Below, piece by piece: positions 28,713 to 39,301 of a stretch of DNA of 64,000 bases. Every line of letters begins with the position of its first letter. Position 1 is the stretch's first letter. The position numbers and the translations under genes are program-made. This DNA is from a virus. Where the stretch lies: IMG/VR virus record IMGVR_UViG_3300024265_000031. One strand, given 5' to 3'. Below the pieces are notes generated by a model, which ran no database searches, was not told the DNA's origin, and saw only the letters and a list, made by a program, of their open reading frames with translations.

Positions 28713-29188
28713 TTTATCTCTCCAATAAAATTTGGTTGTTTGTATGATATATAATTTTTGCCATTGTTTTCACTTTTTCCAAAAATTACAATAGCGCTAG
28801 GGAACGGTGCTCCAACAGACAAACCGCCAAACTTGATACGTTTTTCAACAAATCTAATTTCTGTGGCATGCATAAAATAACTATGCCAATATGCCGTATC
28901 AGTTCTTGAAGGAACAAGACAAACAACCACCGCGCCCTTTTCCCATTCTTCATATGATTTTTTAGCCCAATGTTTTATTTCTCGACCATATGGAGGATTC
29001 ATAAAAACAACGTCTTGGCTCCAGTCTTGTTTTAATCCATCATGCTCTTTGGTAAAATATTTTTAGCATTTTGCTGTCAGTTTTGTACAACATGGATCAA
29101 GAGTAAATCCAAATTCTTTATCCAAGTCGTCAAAAATATGTTGGGGTGTTGAATACTCATTGCTTTCCGATGAGAAATGCACATCCAT
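28709..29188 (-). pseudogene. Phage DNA N6-adenine methyltransferase (Dam-type) with in-frame TAA at codon 42
   Basis: MDVHFSS..EYSTPQ..F..LD.EFGFTLDPCC...AKC*KYFTKEHDGL.QDW...FMNPPY; stop at 29063-29065. Confidence 0.8.
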
Positions 29189-29299
29189 CAATACTTAATC
29201 CCCAACAATTTCAACATTTCAACAGGAAATGCAACCACCCAGTCTCTAGTGTCTATCCAATACATTTTCAAATTTTTAAGAAATTCCTTACTGTTTTCA

Positions 29300-29797
29300 T
29301 TACCCATTATTATTTTCCTCTTTTGTAATTTTTATATTCCTAAATATAACACATTTTCTCAATTGTTTTTCACGATCTTCAATACAATCATCAAGACATC
29401 TGGTTTCTTCAATCCCTTTTTTATAACAATAGTTTCCCATAGCTCTAAACAACCAACTATAAAGTTCTTCTATAAAATGATTTTCGCCATGGCATTCTAT
29501 AAACTTTTTTGCTGTTACGTCTGATTGTTGTTTCAAATGTTTAAGCCTGCTTTGTTTGTTTTCTTTTGTATAGAAGCAATGACAATATTCTTCACCATGA
29601 TACGAACTACTACGACTGGTACAATTTTCTTTGTGATGCTTGTCCCAATTATATTGTTCTAACCTCAACTCTTTAATCTCAGCAAGAAGTTGGGGAATAA
29701 CCTCAAATGCAAATTGGGATACTATATTATCATTCTTGAATTTTTTCCAACTAGCAAGTGAATTTTGCCACTCTTGTAATTTATCAGGTCTTATCAT
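29300..29797 (-). CDS. Hypothetical protein
   Basis: 165 aa ORF with RBS. Confidence 0.55.
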   Translation of the reverse strand: MIRPDKLQEWQNSLASWKKFKNDNIVSQFAFEVIPQLLAEIKELRLEQYNWDKHHKENCTSRSSSYHGEEYCHCFYTKENKQSRLKHLKQQSDVTAKKFIECHGENHFIEELYSWLFRAMGNYCYKKGIEETRCLDDCIEDREKQLRKCVIFRNIKITKEENNNG

Positions 29798-30271
29798 ACA
29801 AATCCTTCCAATATATGCAAATATTCCAATAGTTTATCGCAAATGTAAAAAAACAGCCATGTTTTTGTAAAAATATAAATGGGCGATTTATTGATCTGGC
29901 TTTGAATAATCTTATTTCAATCATTTATTATCTCAACCATAAACCATAGCCAATGAACAATAATTCCTTTTCTTTTACCATATCTATATTCATATTCTAT
30001 CCCCATGTCATATTCACCTGAAAATAATAATGGGATAAAAGTAAATTCGCCAATAGAAAAATTAATTTTCATTTCTCTGGCATCCAGTTGTTCACCATGG
30101 CTCCTACTACTCTCTCATATTTTTTTATTTTATTTCTTAAATTATTAATTTCTTCTGCCATACCAATAATTATTGTATAAGTTTGAATATCAAAAGAATC
30201 AGTATTTTCAATATCTTCTGCAAATTCTATTGCTGTTATTAAAATTTCATGATTTAATCTCATAATGTCTC

Positions 30272-30772
30272 CTAATTCCCAACAACCATAAAACGATATC
30301 CTAAAATTTTTGTATTCGTATAGTCTTCTGTTGTTATTATTCTTTTTTTAATATATTTTAATGTTAATACATCTTTGCTTTTATCGTTGCTCCATTTCAA
30401 CTTGTACGATTGATCAACGGCTTGAACATATTCTAATTTTTTTTTGCCCATAATTCCATTCTCAGAAAGATATATTATATCATGCGGCGTCAATTTAATT
30501 GCATCAAACGGTTCATTAGCCTTATTGTTGTGAAGATAATCTTTATCCCAACCTCTTTTAGGAAATGGAATAATACTATTGGCCATCCATAAATTGTTCA
30601 ATTCACCATTTTTAGGAATAGAAACCTTTCCAATCCCATCTTTAACTTCTGTATTGATACTAAAAACACTTCCATTGTCAATATCAATTGTACTTTGAAC
30701 AGTATAATTCAAAGAATCAAAATCAAAAGCCATTGCCTTTAGAATATGTATTACGGGAAAATATTTTTTCAT
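30272..30772 (-). CDS. Hypothetical protein
   Basis: Start moved to MKKYF, after the junction motif at 30789 and GGAG. Confidence 0.55.
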   Translation of the reverse strand: MKKYFPVIHILKAMAFDFDSLNYTVQSTIDIDNGSVFSINTEVKDGIGKVSIPKNGELNNLWMANSIIPFPKRGWDKDYLHNNKANEPFDAIKLTPHDIIYLSENGIMGKKKLEYVQAVDQSYKLKWSNDKSKDVLTLKYIKKRIITTEDYTNTKILGYRFMVVGN

Positions 30773-31411
30773 TGTACCAATCTCTCCAATAAAAGCCACA
30801 TTTTATTTCTGAATTTGTATGCCATAAAGTCTTCCAAATATTTTCATTTCAATATAAAATATTTGATATATTTTTTTGTACCCAACAGAGAAGTATATCC
30901 AGTCTGCAGAAGGATTTTTCTTTTTATAAAAATTTATTTCCATATTTATTTTTGTCTTTTTTATAATAATAATTAATCTCTTTCATAAAAGGTTTCATTA
31001 CCATTGGAAAATTTTACTCGTATTCTTTTAGGGAGTGGTTTATATTGTTCCCATACACAATACTTTATTGATACAATTTCCGTGTGGTAATTTTCACATG
31101 CCTTACAAAGTTTTTTTGACGAATGCTCTGTATGGCAATATTTACATACGTACCTTGTTACTTTTTTCATTTTTCTCCAATAAAATCTGCGTTTTATTTC
31201 TTGCGAATAATTATTTCGTTTCGTGCATAACCTGCTATAACTTCTAATTTTTCTCTTAATTTTTTATTTTCTCTTATTAGTCCAGATATTAAAATATCAT
31301 ATTCATAGCTTCTTTTGCAATCAGGACATTTGCTTCTGGTATATCCATGTCTATTTATAACAACCTTATATCTTTTTTTACAAGAACATACATGCCATGT
31401 TTTATGTTTTT

Positions 31412-31702
31412 TCATTTTTTATCTTCCTCATAATAATCACAATTCTTAACAAAAGAAGTTACATTGCGGTTGCGTTTGAAAGCCTTGTTTAAAAACTCGC
31501 AGGTGTTATCAACATATCTACATGAACGTCTTCCACTGGGATCTTCCCTATAAACTATTTCATGGGCGCAAGATATACAAGCCCTAGTTGCTGGATTGCG
31601 ATCACAGGTCTTTTCATGTTTCAAAATAACTTTCACATCAAAAGAACCAGCTTTTCTACAACCATAAAATTGACAGAGATAGAATATTTTTTCTTTAGGC
31701 AC
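31412..31702 (-). CDS. Cys-rich hypothetical protein
   Basis: HEKTCDRNPATRACISC. Confidence 0.55.
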   Translation of the reverse strand: MPKEKIFYLCQFYGCRKAGSFDVKVILKHEKTCDRNPATRACISCAHEIVYREDPSGRRSCRYVDNTCEFLNKAFKRNRNVTSFVKNCDYYEEDKK

Positions 31703-33117
31703 TATATCTCTCCTGCCGTATGAGAATTGCTTTCCCTGAATCCAGCACTGGTAATCTCTATAAATTCAGCCTTAGTAAGTTCTGGCACATTATACGCATT
31801 GCAATAACTCATTCCAGATTTCAAACCTCCAAGCAACTGATAAATTATATCATTCACAATTCCTTTATATGGTATGAAAGATTCTACTCCTTCTGGTACG
31901 ATGGTATTAAGTGCTCCCTTATCTGTCCTATCAGCGTTTGCCAAAAAAGAAGCTGAACCCCTATGGGCCTTATACTTTTTATTCTTTCTCGTAATTACTT
32001 CGCCAGGACTTTCAGTGGTTCCAGCAAATAATCCTCCCAACATTACTGTAGAGGCTCCTGCGGCTAAAGCTTTAGTTATATCGCCAGAATATCTTATACC
32101 CCCATCAGCAATTATGTGCTTATTCAATCTTGTAGCAGCCTTTGAACATTTCATAACTGCTGTTAACTGAGGCACTCCTACACCAGCCACAATTCTTGTC
32201 GTACAGGAAGCCCCAGGGCCAATTCCAACTTTTACTGTGTCTGCTCCCGCGTCTAATAAATCATTTACTCCACTGGCTGTAGCAACATTTCCACCAACAA
32301 TATCCACATGTGGAAATTTTGTTCTAATCTGTCTTATTGTTTTCAGAACAATTTCATTATGACCATGTGCCACATCCACTACAATTGCATCAGCGCCAGC
32401 TTCTACAATGGCCTCTACTCTTGCCATATAGTCGCCAATTACACCAACAGATGCACCAACTTTGTATCTTTCATGTTCATCAACAGTAGAATTAGGATAT
32501 TTTTCAGAATTCTCTAAAGACTTTGCCGTAATAAGTTTTATAAATTTATAATACATTTGCCTTTCACTTATTATGGGTAATTTTTCAACTTTATGCATTT
32601 TGAAAAATTCTTTTGCCTCATCTTTGGTTGGAATGTCCGTCAAATAAAAAATGTTTGACATTGGTGTCATTAGTTCAAGCGCAGTCTTAGACAAATCTGT
32701 TTCATAAACATAATCTCTTTTAGAAACAATACCCAAAAAACTATTTTGTGTGTCTACAACAACAAATCCCGTCTTATCAGAATAGCTAATTAATTCCTTC
32801 ATTTCTGCAAGAGTAACTAAAGGCAAAATCTTTTGTGGATCCTCAATCGTATGTCCAGCATAATTTTTCACTCTTTTAATATGCCAGACCTCTTCTTCAA
32901 TAGACATAAACCTGTGAATAAATCCAATGCCACCAGTCTGAGCCATAGCAATAGCCATGTTTGACTCTGTTACAGTTGCCATATTTGCAGAAATCAATGG
33001 TATATTCAAAACTATTTTTTCTGTAAGATTTGTAGCCAGGGATACATTAGATCTACTATCAATAAATGATCGTTTAGGAACTAGAAGCACATCGTCAAAT
33101 GTCAAACCTTTTATCAT
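31702..33117 (-). CDS. guaB: IMP dehydrogenase with CBS domains
   Basis: [40 protein letters not shown]. Confidence 0.92.
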   Translation of the reverse strand: MIKGLTFDDVLLVPKRSFIDSRSNVSLATNLTEKIVLNIPLISANMATVTESNMAIAMAQTGGIGFIHRFMSIEEEVWHIKRVKNYAGHTIEDPQKILPLVTLAEMKELISYSDKTGFVVVDTQNSFLGIVSKRDYVYETDLSKTALELMTPMSNIFYLTDIPTKDEAKEFFKMHKVEKLPIISERQMYYKFIKLITAKSLENSEKYPNSTVDEHERYKVGASVGVIGDYMARVEAIVEAGADAIVVDVAHGHNEIVLKTIRQIRTKFPHVDIVGGNVATASGVNDLLDAGADTVKVGIGPGASCTTRIVAGVGVPQLTAVMKCSKAATRLNKHIIADGGIRYSGDITKALAAGASTVMLGGLFAGTTESPGEVITRKNKKYKAHRGSASFLANADRTDKGALNTIVPEGVESFIPYKGIVNDIIYQLLGGLKSGMSYCNAYNVPELTKAEFIEITSAGFRESNSHTAGEI

Positions 33118-34188
33118 TTAGATAAACCTTGCAAGATTTTTCTCAATAGTTTCCCAATCAATGATTCCACCAGTTCTGTCAATGATGGAATCGTAAGATT
33201 TGCCCGTATTCAATATTGTAATTGGTAGATTAGTTAACATTTCAATCTTATCAATTAGATGGTGTATCTTGGGCGTAATTTGATTGGCATTTGTAGTATT
33301 ATTTATATTGATATCATAGTGCTCACAAAATGTAAGTGCAATTTGTGTTGCGCCATTAACTTCAACCGCATACAACAACTGTTCAAAATCAATCCCAGAT
33401 GCCTTACGCCTGGTTTTGCCATAAATTGAACTAGGTTCTGCAAAGCCCATAGAATCCAATTGATCATATTGAAGCTCTGGTACATCTCCCATATTGCCAG
33501 CACCCTCCCTGGATGGCAATGCCTTTACCACCAAAACAACTTCTTTCAAATTTTGCCAATTCAAAAGCACATCATCTGCCGCAGCCATAGCTGTAACATT
33601 GTCTGAGGTTACGTTAGGGTAGTCACCTATAGACAGCGAAAGAAATGTTCCTTGAGAGGATTCAATCATTACAACACCTTCTTTAGAACCTTGATTGATT
33701 TCTCCGCTAACCTCAGTCAAAAATTCCTGAAGCACTTCAATATCTTTAGCTTGTTGAACTTTACGAAGAGCAAGATCAGCCCTACAATATCCAGTTCCAC
33801 TCATTGTGGATCCAATATTGTTCATATCTTTACTGTCATATTCTGCTTGAATGTGTTCTGGGGTAATGATTGGACAATGCCTGTCTATTTTTACACGTTC
33901 TCTTAGGTTATACCTATCCATTTCGGCAAACAATTTTACAGGATCTACAGCAACACCACTGCCGATTCTAATTTGTGTTTCAGGATTGAATATCCATCCT
34001 AAAGGAAGTTGGTTTGCTTTGAGATAGGTTGTTTCATTTTGCATAAAGATGCCATGCTCTGCATTAGCGCCAGTTCCAGCACGACATACCAATTTAGAAT
34101 TTTCTCTTACACTGAGATATGCATCAATCAACCCCTTTCCCTCATCTCCCCACTGCGCCCCAACGACAATCCATGCTCCTCTATTCAA
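33118..34188 (-). CDS. purA: Adenylosuccinate synthetase-like protein (short, divergent)
   Basis: GAQWGDEGKG, IGSTMSGTG, QGTFL, YPNVTS. Confidence 0.78.
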   Translation of the reverse strand: MNRGAWIVVGAQWGDEGKGLIDAYLSVRENSKLVCRAGTGANAEHGIFMQNETTYLKANQLPLGWIFNPETQIRIGSGVAVDPVKLFAEMDRYNLRERVKIDRHCPIITPEHIQAEYDSKDMNNIGSTMSGTGYCRADLALRKVQQAKDIEVLQEFLTEVSGEINQGSKEGVVMIESSQGTFLSLSIGDYPNVTSDNVTAMAAADDVLLNWQNLKEVVLVVKALPSREGAGNMGDVPELQYDQLDSMGFAEPSSIYGKTRRKASGIDFEQLLYAVEVNGATQIALTFCEHYDININNTTNANQITPKIHHLIDKIEMLTNLPITILNTGKSYDSIIDRTGGIIDWETIEKNLARFI

Positions 34189-34240
34189 TACTGTTCTCCT
34201 TTTTGTTTTTTATTTTCTCAGATAAAACATCTATTTTATC

Positions 34241-35221
34241 TTAGATTCGATATAATGGGCATTCTCTATTATTACTCCAAAGCCTATTTCGCCATTCTTT
34301 CATCTCTGAAGATAACCAAATATTGTTCAAGAAATCAATATCTCCTAAAAGATTTAGTTTGAATGTATTGTTTTCAGTAAATGAACAAGGGGAAACGTAT
34401 GCATCAACATTGATATAGATAGAAAACAATCCAGACTCGCAAGGTTCTGCATATATTTGAGCCATTGCTTCATGCTGTGTTCCCCTTACTGCATTCATAT
34501 ATTTATGAGCAGAACAAGAATCGAATCCCAGTGGAATATCCCATATTGCAGCCTTTTCAATAAGATTGTTGAATTCTTTTTGATTAAGTTGTGTATATTT
34601 ACTACCCCTTCCACATTTTTTCAAAGACAATAAAACAATTGCATTTATTTTTTTCTTTCTGCTATCTTCTATTTGTAGAAAATCATAGAGATTACTCAGC
34701 GTTTCTTTTGCAAGCATATAATGTACGTTCACTTGATTCAATCCCGCATCAGACAACATTTCAACAGCATTCAAACATACTGTATGATCATAATTGCTTA
34801 CAGCAATAGCTCCACAAAGATTAGCAAGATCTTTCGCTATCTTTGGCACTATCTGATATCCGTTGATAGTCAAATTAGGAACAACATTGTTCTCCCTGCA
34901 GTAATTAAAAATTTTTAACATATCTGGATTGCTATCAAGATCTCCTATTCCAAAAGCAATTTGAGTTATGGTGTCTGGCAATTTGACAAACACTTTTTGA
35001 AAAGTTTCTAGTGTCATATATCTGCCATATATTGTATTTGATTTATAACAGAATGAACATCCTTTATGACATATAGTAGAGATTTCAATATCTGCTATCT
35101 CTGGCCCTAACTCACACCATTGAGGATCTTCTTCTAATGTTTTACCCCATCGTGCCATAAACCCAGTTATTGGATTGAATATCATATTGTAATTTTTCGT
35201 GTGTATTTGTTTTGTTTTCAT
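34241..35221 (-). CDS. Radical SAM enzyme with SPASM/twitch-like C-terminus
   Basis: CHKGCSFC (CxxxCxxC); PCESGLFSIYINVD..VSPCSF...ECP. Confidence 0.9.
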   Translation of the reverse strand: MKTKQIHTKNYNMIFNPITGFMARWGKTLEEDPQWCELGPEIADIEISTICHKGCSFCYKSNTIYGRYMTLETFQKVFVKLPDTITQIAFGIGDLDSNPDMLKIFNYCRENNVVPNLTINGYQIVPKIAKDLANLCGAIAVSNYDHTVCLNAVEMLSDAGLNQVNVHYMLAKETLSNLYDFLQIEDSRKKKINAIVLLSLKKCGRGSKYTQLNQKEFNNLIEKAAIWDIPLGFDSCSAHKYMNAVRGTQHEAMAQIYAEPCESGLFSIYINVDAYVSPCSFTENNTFKLNLLGDIDFLNNIWLSSEMKEWRNRLWSNNRECPLYRI

Positions 35222-35226
35222 TTGTA

Positions 35227-35637
35227 TTATTCGCCCACGATTATATTGAATGTTTCCTCATTGTTCATGACGTTTAGAAAATTAATAAATGATTCATCAT
35301 GATAATCTATGTCTGCTTGCAAAATAATAAATCCTTCTTCTATTTTGGACTTGCATTTTTTATATGTCTTTCTATAATATTCTTCATCATCCAATATTTT
35401 TTCTAGGGTGTCAAACTTTCCCCAACAATGCTCATCAACAAAATATTTGTCTAGCTCTTTGACAGTTTTAATTTGTTCCATTTGATTAGACAATGCACTT
35501 AAGAATGTATCAGTAAAGGTCTTTAAAAATGGATATTTTTCTAGGGTTTCTTTATCAAATATCTCTGAAGATATTTTGGATGCAATCATGTAAGAGGAGG
35601 TAGAACTATTACTTACAAATCCTTGTCTAATTTTCAT
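35227..35637 (-). CDS. MKIRxGFVSNSS-motif protein 4
   Basis: Starts MKIRQGFVSNSSTSSY. Confidence 0.85.
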   Translation of the reverse strand: MKIRQGFVSNSSTSSYMIASKISSEIFDKETLEKYPFLKTFTDTFLSALSNQMEQIKTVKELDKYFVDEHCWGKFDTLEKILDDEEYYRKTYKKCKSKIEEGFIILQADIDYHDESFINFLNVMNNEETFNIIVGE

Positions 35638-36107
35638 CCATCCCTCCAGCCCTCTTCATAATATGAAACATCTGAAACATCAAAATCTATATTGAATTGT
35701 TTTTTAATTTCTTCAACAACAATTTGGGGAATTTCTGAAATCTTTCTGTCTGGATATTCTTTTAAAAATGTTTCTGGCATAATGCCAACAAATCTTTCAT
35801 AGTCCCACGGCCCACCCTCTGTCAGATTACCTTTATTTTTTACTTCTTCATCGAATTCATTTTGAGCATATTCAATCTTTTCATCATTTGTTTCACATTG
35901 TTTTAATTCTGCGATATATTCTGGAAATCTTTTTTGCACATAGTCATTGTCAATTTCTTTGGATAATCTTTCTTCATATTCGCTTAATGCATCTTGAAAA
36001 ATTTTTAACCATACATTATCACTGATTTCTATTCTCTCAGATGAAACACCCCATGCCGCAAAACTACTTGTGCTACTGTTGGATACAAATCCATTTCGTA
36101 TTTTCAT
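35634..36107 (-). CDS. MKIRxGFVSNSS-motif protein 3
   Basis: Starts MKIRNGFVSNSSTSSF (start corrected from track). Confidence 0.85.
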   Translation of the reverse strand: MKIRNGFVSNSSTSSFAAWGVSSERIEISDNVWLKIFQDALSEYEERLSKEIDNDYVQKRFPEYIAELKQCETNDEKIEYAQNEFDEEVKNKGNLTEGGPWDYERFVGIMPETFLKEYPDRKISEIPQIVVEEIKKQFNIDFDVSDVSYYEEGWRDG

Positions 36108-36108
36108 T

Positions 36109-36408
36109 TTATGAACTCCATTCCACACAATCCATATTGACACCTATTTTTTCTAAAAATAATTCCATATTGAAATTATCCATGAACACATTGCCCTCAA
36201 TCTTTCTAGAGGTTTCAGAAATATTCCAATTAAAATTGAGATTTCGATAATCGACATCGGGGTGAATTCCACATTCCGACCCAAATAATAAATCATCAAT
36301 TTCAATATGTTTTCTTATGAGTTGTAATTGAATATCAGTAAGCTTATTCTTACTAAGAACAAAACTTGAACTACTACTGTTACTTACAAAACCATTTCTA
36401 ATTTTCAT
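36109..36408 (-). CDS. MKIRxGFVSNSS-motif protein 2
   Basis: Starts MKIRNGFVSNSSSSSF. Confidence 0.85.
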   Translation of the reverse strand: MKIRNGFVSNSSSSSFVLSKNKLTDIQLQLIRKHIEIDDLLFGSECGIHPDVDYRNLNFNWNISETSRKIEGNVFMDNFNMELFLEKIGVNMDCVEWSS

Positions 36409-36417
36409 TTTATTTTC

Positions 36418-36918
36418 CTAATGTTTGCTTATTCTTATGTGTGGCAAATTTCTGAATATATTTCCATGTTCAAGAAAGCATTCATATTGTCCACCATTAT
36501 CACTATACTCAAATAGAGATATGAAACAACCATTATTATCTTGTACAAATTTTCTAAAAAATTCGGAATTTTTAATGGCTTCTAAAGTTGCTTTGTTATA
36601 CCCTTCCCAATCGTAGTCTCCATCTTCAACAAAGTCTTCATAGTCTGGAAGTTCGCCATCAATTTCATAAACAGTTCCACAGCTTAGTTCTTTAATAATT
36701 TCCGATTCACTTATTGAGATTTTTGATATATCCATAAAGATTTTTTCTGAAATTTCTTCTGTAGTATAAGAAGATGTGTCTACATAAGGATGATTTAACC
36801 TTTCTTCTCCATCATACATAAGCTCTTTTGTTTTCTCAACCGACAATGGCTTATTAGGAAAGGCTACTACAAAACTGCTACTTGAACTATTGCTTACAAA
36901 TCCGTTTCTAATTTTCAT
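36418..36918 (-). CDS. MKIRxGFVSNSS-motif protein 1
   Basis: Starts MKIRNGFVSNSSSSSF after AAGGAG (start corrected from track). Confidence 0.85.
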   Translation of the reverse strand: MKIRNGFVSNSSSSSFVVAFPNKPLSVEKTKELMYDGEERLNHPYVDTSSYTTEEISEKIFMDISKISISESEIIKELSCGTVYEIDGELPDYEDFVEDGDYDWEGYNKATLEAIKNSEFFRKFVQDNNGCFISLFEYSDNGGQYECFLEHGNIFRNLPHIRISKH

Positions 36919-36936
36919 GTATTCTCCTTGTATAAT

Positions 36937-36965
36937 ATCATACCATACTTTTTCAGTCTTGTCAA
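36937..36965 (-). promoter_or_regulatory. Sigma70-type promoter of the motif-protein/radical SAM operon
   Basis: TTGACA-17 bp-TATGAT with TG extension. Confidence 0.85.
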
Positions 36966-37224
36966 GATAAAACCTAGATTTTATATTATAAATGGTGGGA
37001 TTTCTAACCACCAAACATCATTGTATTTATTATAATCGATATCTTTGAGATCATATCCAAATGTAGAACTTCCAGACCATGCCTTTTCCATTACATATAT
37101 CATTCCATCAAGTTCTCTACAAGCGTATTTGCCCATCAACAATCTAATGATTGTACGAATTAAAAATGGTTTCTCTAAATACGCCCTTACAAAATCAGTG
37201 GCCCATCCTGAAAGAACAATACAT

Positions 37225-38124
37225 TCACTTATCATGCGGGTTTTTAGTAAAAGTCCTTTCCAATGTGGGAACCCCACAAATTTTTTCCCAAACACCAGGA
37301 CTGAATGGGTATTTGTTGCTAGATTCCTCTTTGAAACGCCTTTCTATTCCATATGCCTTATGCTCTTCATATCCATGTCCCCTACCAATGTCTGCAGGAT
37401 TATTTATAATGTACAACAATCCTTTGGTTTTTAGCAATCTTGCAAACTCGTCTACGTAGAAGTCAAACGATGGCTTTGTCATTTCTTGGAACGAATGTAG
37501 ATTTATTCCAAGATCAAAAGATTCTTTTTTGAGTTTCCCAATATTCCAAGCTGGTAATGATACAAAATTGTAATCATTAAAATTGGTTGTCTTATTCAAT
37601 ATACCAGCCACCTTTAGATTAGGGAATGCTTGTTTCATAACTTGTGGTGCAAATGTAAGAGATGAAGGCACATAGTCCACAGAAACATAGTGACACTTCT
37701 TACCAAAAAACTTTAGGAAGAACATTGCCATACGTCCGTAGCCACCACCAACTTCAACCACTCTAATACTTTTCATATTTTCAAAATTAATCTTTTGTGA
37801 TTTGAAAAACTTTTCAATTTTGTAGAATTGATAAAGTCCTGTTTGAACATCCAAAGTGTCTACATTTCTAAAATGTTCTGCCATACTGTGCTTATCAATT
37901 TGGTTAGATTTTTCTTTAGTCTTTTCAGGATATCCATTTCCTAGCCAAGAAAGTGATTCAAACTTTCCTCCGTTATTTATAACAGATTTAAGATTCAGTT
38001 TTGAATCTTTTTCCCAATGATGATGCAATTTACACCCGTCATTATTCTGCCAATTTTTTGCAACAAGTTTTTCCACCCTATTGAATTGTTTTGGATCTAA
38101 TTTAATTTTTGAAAAATCTATCAT
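37225..38124 (-). CDS. SAM-dependent methyltransferase (putative sugar O-methyltransferase)
   Basis: VVEVGGGYGR, FDLGINLHSFQEM. Confidence 0.75.
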   Translation of the reverse strand: MIDFSKIKLDPKQFNRVEKLVAKNWQNNDGCKLHHHWEKDSKLNLKSVINNGGKFESLSWLGNGYPEKTKEKSNQIDKHSMAEHFRNVDTLDVQTGLYQFYKIEKFFKSQKINFENMKSIRVVEVGGGYGRMAMFFLKFFGKKCHYVSVDYVPSSLTFAPQVMKQAFPNLKVAGILNKTTNFNDYNFVSLPAWNIGKLKKESFDLGINLHSFQEMTKPSFDFYVDEFARLLKTKGLLYIINNPADIGRGHGYEEHKAYGIERRFKEESSNKYPFSPGVWEKICGVPTLERTFTKNPHDK

Positions 38125-38291
38125 ACTTCTTATTCCTCCTTTTTATTTCCAACCATAGATTGTGCCATTTTTGCAAAAAGCTCTCGCTTCTTTCTCAATT
38201 GTTGTGCTTTTTGTTTGAGTTGTTCGCCTTCCAACCCATATGTTTTTCTTACATATCTGGTGAACTCATCTTCTTTATTATTCATAAAATC

Positions 38292-38837
38292 CTATTTTAT
38301 TACCTTTTCATATATAATATCATTTGGAAAATTTAATCCAAATGTAAACCATGCAGTATCAAACCATGCACCTTTTGTTTGTATACCATCTACTATAAAA
38401 CTTATACGCTTATCTAATAATACTAGTTGTAACCAATTGTCTTGAAATATCTTTTGTCTCTTGGCTGTAGATAATGAGGATAGATTCATAAGGAAACAAA
38501 ATGGTTTTCCAAAACTTGCTGCTCTTTCTAAGAATTCAGTTTTCAAAGAGAATGGAGGATTGGTCACAATAATATCCCAATGAAATTCTGGTTTTATTTC
38601 GAAAAAATCTTGTTCCCATTTATAACAGATATCTGTTCCTATGGCTTGATATCCCATATTCCTAGCACAAGATATAATTTTTAACTCTCCGCATCCAGGA
38701 TCCCAAATCACCCAATCTTTAGGAATGTATTTCAAGATTATATTTGTAGCATAATCTGGAGTTTGATAATTATCTTGTTTCAGTTTTTTTGCGTTTGTTT
38801 TTCTGTTCAACCTACTGTATTCATTGTGTTCATTCAT
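38292..38837 (-). CDS. DNA amino-methyltransferase (N6-adenine type)
   Basis: YQTP, IWDPGCG, IVTNPPFS. Confidence 0.8.
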   Translation of the reverse strand: MNEHNEYSRLNRKTNAKKLKQDNYQTPDYATNIILKYIPKDWVIWDPGCGELKIISCARNMGYQAIGTDICYKWEQDFFEIKPEFHWDIIVTNPPFSLKTEFLERAASFGKPFCFLMNLSSLSTAKRQKIFQDNWLQLVLLDKRISFIVDGIQTKGAWFDTAWFTFGLNFPNDIIYEKVIK

Positions 38838-38850
38838 AGTTTTCTCCTTG

Positions 38851-38924
38851 AAGCAGGTAAAAGATTCGAACTTTTTACTAGTGGTTCAAAGCCACTTATG
38901 TTAAGCCAATTACACCAACCTGCC
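38851..38924 (-). tRNA. tRNA-Gln(TTG)
   Basis: agtgg-ctttgaa-ccact. Confidence 0.85.
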
Positions 38925-38928
38925 ACAA

Positions 38929-39000
38929 TACTCCCACAGAGAATTGAACTCTGATCTGGACATTGAAAGTGTCCAATCCTGACCATTAGACGATGGGAGT
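38929..39000 (-). tRNA. tRNA-Glu(TTC)
   Basis: ggaca-ctttcaa-tgtcc. Confidence 0.9.
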
Positions 39001-39028
39001 ATTTTATCAACACTATATTGTTACTAAA

Positions 39029-39103
39029 TCTGGATGGGAAGATTTGAACTTCCGATTTCGCGCGTCCAAGGCGCGTATCTTAGCCTGACTCGATTACATC
39101 CAG
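39029..39103 (-). tRNA. tRNA-Pro(TGG)
   Basis: cgcgc-cttggac-gcgcg. Confidence 0.88.
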
Positions 39104-39110
39104 TTATTCT

Positions 39111-39298
39111 GGCTTTCCACCAGATTGACAGTGTTATCATGAATTACTGTTTGTTGTCTTTTTCCAACTGTCAGGTTTAGTCAACAACTTTCCTTTGTCA
39201 CAGGCTCCTACATTTTTACTCAGGGACATATTATTGTTTGAGATTTACTGTCGATTTCATCTGTGTGTTTACCAAGCGAGACAAATACTTGGTCAGCC
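39111..39298 (-). ncRNA. Unidentified structured RNA (about 188 nt) within tRNA array 2
   Basis: Closing GGCU/AGCC, hairpin ACCAAG/CUUGGU, nested CAGAU/AUCUG and GACAGU/ACUGUC; no ORF in the track. Confidence 0.5.
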
Positions 39299-39301
39299 TT
39301 G

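Noticed and set aside
33118-34188. PurZ / Z-genome pathway
   Set aside because: Catalytic motif is GDEGKG (Asp), not the Ser-containing PurZ motif
39111-39298. RNase P RNA (AGGAAAGU resembles GAGGAAAGUC)
   Set aside because: Too short and the matching 3' P4 strand was not found; left as unknown ncRNA
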